From assembly GCA_041560205.1 (NCBI GenBank), contig JBFFBV010000003.1, positions 2,211 through 66,210 on the forward strand: a stretch of DNA of 64,000 nt, written 5' to 3'. The first letter of the stretch is position 1, and every line of letters starts with the position of its first letter. The notes beneath the pieces are model-generated. The model was not told where the DNA came from and ran no database searches. It saw only the letters and a program-made list of their open reading frames with translations. The stretch comes from Candidatus Sulfomarinibacter sp. (GTDB taxonomy: Bacteria > Acidobacteriota > Thermoanaerobaculia > Thermoanaerobaculales > Sulfomarinibacteraceae). A program made the position numbers and the translations under genes. Positions 1 through 6,620 of the stretch are shown in pieces.

Positions 1-34
1 CTTCAGAATGCGGTCGACCGGCCCCAGTCTGAGA

Positions 35-1483
35 TCACGGCATCGATGCCGACCAGGCCCCCGTGTCACCCGATTCGAAACCGTCGGCGAAGAGCGGGAG
101 CGAGGGGTGGACGAGCTCGAAGACATAGACCGAGCCGTGGTTCGTGAAGCCCAGGTCGTCGTCCCCGTCGGCCCCGAAGACGGCGATGGAGTTGTCGATC
201 GCCACGGAGACCCCGAAGCGGTCTTCGTTATCGGCGTCCGACGCGGTCAGCTTGGCAGCCTCACCCCAGGCATTCGGCCCGCCCTGGTCGCGCAGGAAGA
301 CGTAGGCCGAGCCGGCGGCGGACAAGCCCCCGACATCGCCGAACTCGGCGCCGACGACCACGGCATCGCGATCGATGGCGACGGAGCGTCCGAAGTCGTC
401 CTTCGACCCGGCATCCGATGCAGTGAGCTTGGCAGCCTGTCCCCAGGCATCGTCGCCATCGAGATCGCGCTCGAAGACGTAGGCCTTTTCGCCGGTGGAG
501 CCCGCGACACCCACGACCAGGGAGTCACCGCTGATCACCACCGAGGCCCCGAACTCGTCGCCCGCCTCGATGTCCGACCCGGTGATCGTCGTCAGCGGGC
601 CCCAGGTGTCCGCGCCGCCCAGGTGCCGCATGAAGATGGAGGCCGAACCCATCCCGGGCAACCCGGGGTGGAGGTCGCCGACAGCTCCGACGACCACCGT
701 GTCGCCCTCGATGGCCACGGCCGTTCCGAACTCGTCCTTCTCTGCGGCGTCCGACGCCGTGAGCTTGGCCACCTGCCCCCAGGCGTCCGCGCCGCCTGAA
801 TCCCTCATGAAAACGTAGGCCGATCCCGCGTGATAGAGCCCGTTCGCGTTCTCCCACGCGGCACCGACGACCACGGTGTCGCCGCTGATGGCCACCGACA
901 GCCCGAAGCTGTCGCCGGCTTCGGCGTCGCCCGCCGTCAGCTTGGCCACCTCCCCCCAGGCGTTCGCCCCACCCTCGTCGCGCCTGAAGATGTAGGCCGA
1001 GCCGGCCTCGGAAAGGCCGTCCGGGCTGTGGTGGCGGGCCCCGACGACGGCGGTGTCGCCGCTGATCGCCACCGCGGATCCGAAATAATCGCACGAGGCG
1101 GTGTCCGATCCGATCAGCTTGGCGACCTGTGTCCAGCCTCCGGCGTCTCGGACGAAGACGGAGGCCGAGCCGGCGTTGGTTTCCGCGCCGTGGCTGTCCC
1201 GAAAGGCCCCCGCGATCAGGGTGCCGCCGTGGACCGCGACCGACGTCCCCAGGTGGTCCAGCTCGTCCGCGTCGATGTCGGTCAATTTTACGGTCTCGAA
1301 GGCCCCCAGGACCTCGAGCGCCGCCGGAGCGCCGGCGCGGGAGTCGGGGAGTGGTCGTCCCGGCCCGTTCCGGGTCGACCCGGGAGCTTGCAAAGGACCT
1401 CCACGGCCCGGCGCCGGGTCGATCAGGGCCGCGCCCAAGATCGCGCATCCCGCGGCCACAATCCGTCGCGTCCGCCTCTTCAT
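35..1483 (-). CDS. Secreted FG-GAP (integrin-alpha-like) repeat protein
   Basis: Lies inside ORF 35..1894(-). The ATG at 1483 gives a signal-peptide-like N-terminus, MKRRTRRIVAAGCAILGAAL. About 8 tandem ~50-aa units follow, of the form FGxSVAISGDTxVVGA...AGSAYVFxRDxGGxxAWxQxAKLTASD. C-terminus is DGFESGDTGAWS. Confidence 0.8.
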   Translation of the reverse strand: MKRRTRRIVAAGCAILGAALIDPAPGRGGPLQAPGSTRNGPGRPLPDSRAGAPAALEVLGAFETVKLTDIDADELDHLGTSVAVHGGTLIAGAFRDSHGAETNAGSASVFVRDAGGWTQVAKLIGSDTASCDYFGSAVAISGDTAVVGARHHSPDGLSEAGSAYIFRRDEGGANAWGEVAKLTAGDAEAGDSFGLSVAISGDTVVVGAAWENANGLYHAGSAYVFMRDSGGADAWGQVAKLTASDAAEKDEFGTAVAIEGDTVVVGAVGDLHPGLPGMGSASIFMRHLGGADTWGPLTTITGSDIEAGDEFGASVVISGDSLVVGVAGSTGEKAYVFERDLDGDDAWGQAAKLTASDAGSKDDFGRSVAIDRDAVVVGAEFGDVGGLSAAGSAYVFLRDQGGPNAWGEAAKLTASDADNEDRFGVSVAIDNSIAVFGADGDDDLGFTNHGSVYVFELVHPSLPLFADGFESGDTGAWSASMP

Positions 1484-1950
1484 CTGCCCGGAAGACCGAC
1501 ATCCCATGCTTCCCCCGGTGCGCGGCCGATGTTTTGCAGCCATCGGCAGTGCCGTTCGCTGGCACGGCGTCTCGGCGCACGGCCGACGCACCCAGCCCGA
1601 GACCGCCGCGTCACGCGTCGCGATCGACGTCACGCCTTCGATCTCGGGCCGACACGCGCTCGCAGAGTTCAAGAAATGTGCCACCCGAGGGCGTCGACGG
1701 AAGGCAGCCACGCACCGAGTAATTCCCGCGGTCCCGACCCGATTCTCGGTGGCTGCCGTGATGAGACACGGCACACTCTGTGCCACGCGGACCTGTGCCG
1801 TGACACAGACCGGCAACCCCCAAAAGTCACCCGGCGGCACCCCGAAGCGCGACGTGCCGGCCCATTTTCGAGGTCGCAAAACTCCCCTGAACAACGCTTT
1901 AGCCGACCCGCTTCCGGGCCCGCCCCAATCCCTCCCCGCGCCCCGCCCCC

Positions 1951-1966
1951 TGGCACAGATCTTGAT
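1951..1966 (+). promoter_or_regulatory. Weak sigma-54-like -24/-12 element upstream of the Cu/heme operon
   Basis: TGGCAC-agatc-TTGAtg about 140 nt upstream of the 2108 ATG. The -12 element is TTGA rather than TTGC, so the match is imperfect. Confidence 0.2.
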
Positions 1967-2107
1967 GCCCCGCGGGGCAACAACTCACCAGCTGGATCGG
2001 AGGCCCGGATGCCCACGGTGCGGCCCCGGGCCCACACCGGCGCGACACGACGAACCCGCGGCCGGGGCGCGCCCCGGTCGTGGCAGGGCGGTTCGGAAGG
2101 AGGATGC

Positions 2108-2602
2108 ATGGTTCACGCGATGCTCTGGTTGACCGCCCTCGTGTCCCTGTTCGCGATCTTCGCGATCCCGGTCGTTATCACCAACAACGACCTCCAGGTG
2201 CCCCTCCACCCCGGCGAGAGCGACCGCTGCCCGGTGTGCGGGATGCTGGTGGCCCCCCACCCCGACTGGGCCGCCCAGGTGCGGCACGGCGACGGCACGA
2301 CCGTCTTCTTCGACGGCTGCAAGGACCTCTTCAAGTATCTCCTGATGTTCGAGATCTACGCGCCGCGGCAGGACCGCCGGGACGTGGCCGCAGTCTTCGT
2401 CACCAACTATTACGACGGCGAGCTGATCGCCGCCCGCAGCGCATTCTTCGTCGCCGGCGGCGACGTCGACGGGCCGATGGGCGCGGAGCTCGTGCCCCAC
2501 CGCAGCATCGAGGCCGCCGAGGATTTCCTCAAGGACCACCACGGGCGCCGGATCCTGCGCTTCGAAGAGATCGACGAATCGGTGATTCGCGAAATGTACT
2601 GA
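2108..2602 (+). CDS. NosL-family copper-chaperone-like protein (membrane anchored)
   Basis: Last 164 aa of ORF 830..2602. ATG at 2108 is preceded by GGAAGGAGGA. N-terminal TM segment, then the DRCPVCGM motif followed by FFDGCKDLF, typical of the NosL family. Confidence 0.72.
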   Translation: MVHAMLWLTALVSLFAIFAIPVVITNNDLQVPLHPGESDRCPVCGMLVAPHPDWAAQVRHGDGTTVFFDGCKDLFKYLLMFEIYAPRQDRRDVAAVFVTNYYDGELIAARSAFFVAGGDVDGPMGAELVPHRSIEAAEDFLKDHHGRRILRFEEIDESVIREMY

Positions 2603-2619
2603 GGAAGGAGGAACTTCCG

Positions 2620-3402
2620 ATGCTTCGGCTCGATACCTCGCACGCGCTCGCCGCCCCTCCACCGCGTCGCCAACCCGCCCGCCTTCGCCCCGTCGCCGCG
2701 AGGGTCCGCGCCGACCCCGAGCCCCGTCCGGACCTGGTCGAGGCCCACCGGGTGAGCAAGCGCTTCGCTTCGCCGGGCCGCGCCGGCGTCGCCGCGGTCG
2801 ACGACGTCACCATCCGCATCCCCGAGCGTTCGATCACGCTGATCCAGGGCCCGAGCGGCTCCGGCAAGACGACCCTGCTCGCGGTCATCGGCTGCATGCT
2901 GCGGCCGACGGCCGGCCGGGTCACCGTGGCCGGCCGCGACATCACGCGGCTGTCGGAGGATCTGCTGGCCGACGTGCGAAGGCGCCACTTCGGCTTCGTG
3001 TTCCAGAGCCGCCACCTGATCCAGCGCGCGACCGCGCTCGAAAACGTGATGGTGCCGGGCCTCCCCTGCCCCGAGTTCAACGGCGACCTCCGGCTGCGCG
3101 CGCGCTCGCTGCTGGCGCGGCTCGGCCTCGAGGCGAAGGCCCACCGGCGCGTCCAGAGCCTCTCCGGCGGCGAGCAGCAGCGGGTGGCCATCGCGCGCGC
3201 GCTGGTCAACGACCCGGAGGTGCTGATCGCCGACGAGCCGACGGCCCACCTCGACTCCAGCTCGGGCTCCACGTTCATCCACCTCGCCTTCGAGCTGCTG
3301 GCTCGCGGCAAGTCCGTCATCGTGGCCAGCCACGACCCCGCCATCTGCAGCATCGATTCCTACACCCGGGTCTTCGAGCTGCGCGACGGCCACCTGGTCT
3401 GA
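2620..3402 (+). CDS. ABC transporter ATP-binding protein (MacB/LolD/FtsE-like)
   Basis: ATG at 2620 follows GAGGAAGGAGGAA. Walker A GPSGSGKTT, signature LSGGEQQRVAIARAL, Walker B VLIADEPT, and FVFQSRHLI...ALENV typical of the FtsX-partner ATPase clade. Confidence 0.9.
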   Translation: MLRLDTSHALAAPPPRRQPARLRPVAARVRADPEPRPDLVEAHRVSKRFASPGRAGVAAVDDVTIRIPERSITLIQGPSGSGKTTLLAVIGCMLRPTAGRVTVAGRDITRLSEDLLADVRRRHFGFVFQSRHLIQRATALENVMVPGLPCPEFNGDLRLRARSLLARLGLEAKAHRRVQSLSGGEQQRVAIARALVNDPEVLIADEPTAHLDSSSGSTFIHLAFELLARGKSVIVASHDPAICSIDSYTRVFELRDGHLV

Positions 3403-3414
3403 GGGGGTGACGGC

Positions 3415-4416
3415 GTGGTCCTCAGCCTCCCCGTCCTCGCCCTCCTCGGCTGCTCGGCGGTCGTCTGCGGCCTCACCGTCATGGCCGCGGCCGTCGGTAT
3501 GTCGGTCGCGATCGGCTGGGACCACCTCGACAGCGGGCCGGAGCAGCTGCTCCGCGAACGGCGCTGGTTCCTGGTCGAGGCGAGCCTGCGCCTGATCTTC
3601 GGCCTGCAGGTGTTTTCGCTCGTGCTCTTCGTCTTCGCCACCGACCACCTCGCGCCACTCTTCACCGGGGCGATGTGCGCGGTGGGCACCCTCAAGGCCA
3701 GCCAGATCGGTTTTCCGACCCTGCTCGTCAAGGTCGGGGTCTTCGCGCTCTGCGGCCTGTGGCTGGTCGCCGACAGCGTCAGCGCCGGCGCCGCGAGCAC
3801 CGGTCTGGTCCGCTTCAAGGTCGTCTCGCTGCTGGCGCTCGCCGCCGCGCTGGCGGGCGAGAACCTGCTCCAGATCCGCTACTTCCTCGACCTCGACCCG
3901 GACATCATCACGTCCTGCTGCGCGACGCTCTTCGACCGGGGGGCCGCCGGCATCGGCGCGGGCGTCGCGAGCATTTCGCCGACTCTGAGCCGGGCCGCGT
4001 TCTTCGGCGGCCTCGTGCTCACGGCCGTGGTCGGCATGCGCGCTTTCGGCAGCCGCCGCTTCGCCCTCGCCTACTCGGTCCTGGCCGCGGCCCTCGGCGC
4101 GATCTCGACCGTGGCGATCATGACCTGGATCGCTCCGGCTTACTACGAGCTCCCCACCCATCACTGTCCGCTCTGCCTGCTGGCCGCTGAGCACGGCTTC
4201 ATCGGGTATCCGCTCTACCTCTCGCTGGCGGCAGCCGTCATCACGGGCGTCGGCAGCGGGCTAGTTTCCGCTTTGCGGGCGATCGACCCTCTCCGCTGCA
4301 TCCGGCCGCAGGAGGAGCGAAAGCTCTGCACCGTGTCCCTCGCCTGCTTCGCGCTGGTCACCGGCATCGCGCTGTGGCCGATGGTGACCTCGCCCTTTCG
4401 AATGGAGGTCCTGTAA
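3415..4416 (+). CDS. Polytopic membrane protein of unknown function with CC and HHCPLC motifs
   Basis: GTG at 3415, 7 nt after GAGGGGG and 12 nt after the upstream stop. About 8 hydrophobic segments. Cys motifs: ITSCCATLF and ELPTHHCPLCLL. I do not recognise the family. Confidence 0.6.
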   Translation: MVLSLPVLALLGCSAVVCGLTVMAAAVGMSVAIGWDHLDSGPEQLLRERRWFLVEASLRLIFGLQVFSLVLFVFATDHLAPLFTGAMCAVGTLKASQIGFPTLLVKVGVFALCGLWLVADSVSAGAASTGLVRFKVVSLLALAAALAGENLLQIRYFLDLDPDIITSCCATLFDRGAAGIGAGVASISPTLSRAAFFGGLVLTAVVGMRAFGSRRFALAYSVLAAALGAISTVAIMTWIAPAYYELPTHHCPLCLLAAEHGFIGYPLYLSLAAAVITGVGSGLVSALRAIDPLRCIRPQEERKLCTVSLACFALVTGIALWPMVTSPFRMEVL

Positions 4417-4495
4417 GCGATGCTCACCGGCGGGGCCACCAACCCCGCCACAACGTCAACACCCTTCGCTGTGAAGGGCGCACCAGGGGGTGGTC

Positions 4496-5938
4496 ATGAA
4501 GCAATCGTCTCGATGCATACGCCTGGCGTTGCTCGGCGGTGTGATTCTGATCTTCGGAGTCGCCGAGTCCTTCGCCATACCGACCTTCGCGCGCCGCTAC
4601 GCCACGAGCTGCGCGACCTGCCACGAGGCCTACCCGCGCCTCAACGCCGTCGGCGACTCGTTCCGGATGATGGGCTTCCGCTTTCCGGACGACGAGCGCT
4701 ACCGCAAGGTGCAGCCGGTCGAGCTCGGCGACGAGGCCTACAAGCGGCTGTGGCCGAAGGCGCTGTGGCCGAGCCACGTCCCCGGGAGATCGCCCCTGGC
4801 GCTGGTCACGCGCTTCATGTTCGAGGTCGACCTCAACGGCAGCCGCCAGGCGGCGACCACCTTCCTGCTGCCGGAGGAGATCGAGCTCGTGTGGGCCGGC
4901 AACCTCGGCGAGAACATCGCCTTCTACGGTGACGTGATCTATCTGCAGAAGGACTTCGGCGGTAAGGACCCGGAATCCTGGGCCACCCTCAAGGCGTGGC
5001 TGCAGCTGCAGAGCCTGTTCGGGCGAGACCATCTCTTCAACCTGCGCATCGGCACCGTCGGTACCCAGACGATGGGGCTCTTCAACGCCCGCGACGCCAA
5101 CATCTACAGCACCCACTTCTACATCTACACCTCGTGGTTCATGCCGCGGCCCAACCTCGCCCAGGCCGGGTTGTCGGAGTTTGAGGGCAACAACTTCTCG
5201 ATCACACCGCAGCAGGGCTTCGAGCTCAACGGCCTCGGCAAGAGGTGGTTCTACGCTCTCGGCATCGTCAACGGCAACCTCCTGGTGCCCGCAGGGTCCC
5301 CTCCCCCGAGCGACATCAGCTTCGTCGGCTCGGGGCGGAACACCGACCACAAGGACCTCTACGCCAATGTCGTCTACAAGATCGGCGGCACCCAGTTCGA
5401 CCGCAGCAGCGAACAGCTGCCCGCCACGCTCGGCGCTTCCGGCTCGCAACACTGGCGCGACAACAGCCTCCGGCTCGCCCTCTTCGGCTACTCCGGCACG
5501 GCCGAGATCACGACCGTCGACCTCGAGGGCGGGACGTCGGTCGGGGAGGACGACTTCTGGCGGCTCGGCGTGGGGCTCCAGCACTATATCGGCGATTTCC
5601 AGTGGTCCGCGCAGTACACCGCCGGCAGCAACGACGATCCGTACGGCAGCCTCAGCGGGCAGGCGGTCGACTCGCGGACCTGGCACGTCGAAGCTCTCGG
5701 ATTCGCCTATCCGTGGCTGATGCTCTATGGGCGCTGGGAGGGGCTCGACCTGGACCTTCCGTCGGACGTCCCCGGCCTGGTGCCCGTCCAGGACATCGAA
5801 AAGATCGTCGCCGGGGCCAAGTTCATGATCCGGCCGAACGTGTTCTGCAACGTCGAAGGCACCTACTACACCGAAGGGGCCGAACTGGAGGCGGGCCTTG
5901 ACCAGACGCTCTTCATGCTGCTCGGCATCTCGTTCTGA
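4496..5938 (+). CDS. Outer-membrane beta-barrel protein with N-terminal CXXCH; Cyc2-like fused monoheme cytochrome-porin candidate
   Basis: ATG at 4496 follows CAGGGGG. Signal peptide MKQSSRCIRLALLGGVILIFGVAESFA. The mature N-terminus IPTFARRYATSCATCHEAYPRLNAVGDSFR carries a single CXXCH. The rest shows alternating amphipathic strands with aromatic girdles and ends in a terminal Phe (LLGISF). Confidence 0.6.
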   Translation: MKQSSRCIRLALLGGVILIFGVAESFAIPTFARRYATSCATCHEAYPRLNAVGDSFRMMGFRFPDDERYRKVQPVELGDEAYKRLWPKALWPSHVPGRSPLALVTRFMFEVDLNGSRQAATTFLLPEEIELVWAGNLGENIAFYGDVIYLQKDFGGKDPESWATLKAWLQLQSLFGRDHLFNLRIGTVGTQTMGLFNARDANIYSTHFYIYTSWFMPRPNLAQAGLSEFEGNNFSITPQQGFELNGLGKRWFYALGIVNGNLLVPAGSPPPSDISFVGSGRNTDHKDLYANVVYKIGGTQFDRSSEQLPATLGASGSQHWRDNSLRLALFGYSGTAEITTVDLEGGTSVGEDDFWRLGVGLQHYIGDFQWSAQYTAGSNDDPYGSLSGQAVDSRTWHVEALGFAYPWLMLYGRWEGLDLDLPSDVPGLVPVQDIEKIVAGAKFMIRPNVFCNVEGTYYTEGAELEAGLDQTLFMLLGISF

Positions 5939-6620
5939 GGCGCTCCGTTGCCTCGCCTCGGCCGTCCTGGCGGCGGCGGTGGTCCTCGGAGCGGCCCCGA
6001 TCGAGGGCTCCTGCCCGGGCTGCGGCTCCGTGTCCGGCACGGTCGCCGTCGAGCAGGCCTACATCCGCAGCGACGGCCCCAAGCACGACCGCGACGTCGT
6101 CGTCATGCTGTCGCCGACCGGAGCCGAGGCCCCGCCGGAGCCCGCGGCGCACGCGTCGATGGACCAGAGGGGTCTGATCTTCGTGCCGCACGTGCTGGCC
6201 GTGCCGAAGGGCGCGACCGTCACCTTCCTCAACAGCGACCGGGAGCAGCACAACGTCTACTTCCTCGACGACCGCACCGGCGACACCCTCGACATCGGCA
6301 CCTGGGGACCCGGGGTCAGCGTCGACCACAGCTTCGACACGCCCGGGATGGTCATCACCCTGTGCAAGCTCCACCTCGAGATGGCGGCCTACGTGGTGGT
6401 GTGTCCGAGCCCGTGGTTCGTGCAGGTCGCATTCGAGGACAACGACACGCCGCTTCGCTTCGAGATCGCCGACGTCCCGGCCGGCGAGTACGAGCTGACG
6501 GTGTGGCACAAGAAGCTCAAGCAGAAGGGAGGATCGTTGACGATCGACGTGCAACCCGAGAAGTCCACCGAGGTGGACCTTGTCATCACGAAGGCAAAGT
6601 ACGCCAGGGCAGCTCGCTGA
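5898..6620 (+). CDS. Type-1 copper cupredoxin (plastocyanin/'methylamine utilization'-like) with C-terminal Ig/CarboxypepD_reg-like domain
   Basis: TTG at 5898, 6 nt after GGAGG (5887-5891), overlapping the upstream gene by 41 nt. Signal-like LASAVLAAAVVLGAAP. T1Cu ligand pattern: HNV ... C-K-L-H-L-E-M. C-terminal FEIADVPAGEYELTVWHKK. Confidence 0.72.
   Translation: MTRRSSCCSASRSEALRCLASAVLAAAVVLGAAPIEGSCPGCGSVSGTVAVEQAYIRSDGPKHDRDVVVMLSPTGAEAPPEPAAHASMDQRGLIFVPHVLAVPKGATVTFLNSDREQHNVYFLDDRTGDTLDIGTWGPGVSVDHSFDTPGMVITLCKLHLEMAAYVVVCPSPWFVQVAFEDNDTPLRFEIADVPAGEYELTVWHKKLKQKGGSLTIDVQPEKSTEVDLVITKAKYARAAR

Noticed and set aside
8-799. 263-aa plus-strand ORF, and other ORFs nested opposite the FG-GAP gene (247..528-, 495..818+, 525..1580-, 1101..2132+, 1129..1722+).
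   Set aside because: Their translations are Arg/Pro/Gly/Ala-rich with no motifs. They are open only because of high GC and the repetitive antisense of a well-supported FG-GAP repeat gene.
2410-4194. 594-aa minus-strand ORF across the ABC ATPase and the membrane-protein genes.
   Set aside because: It is antisense to genes with clear Walker/ABC signature motifs. Its translation is a low-complexity Arg/Glu/Asp/Gly-rich string, a typical high-GC shadow ORF.
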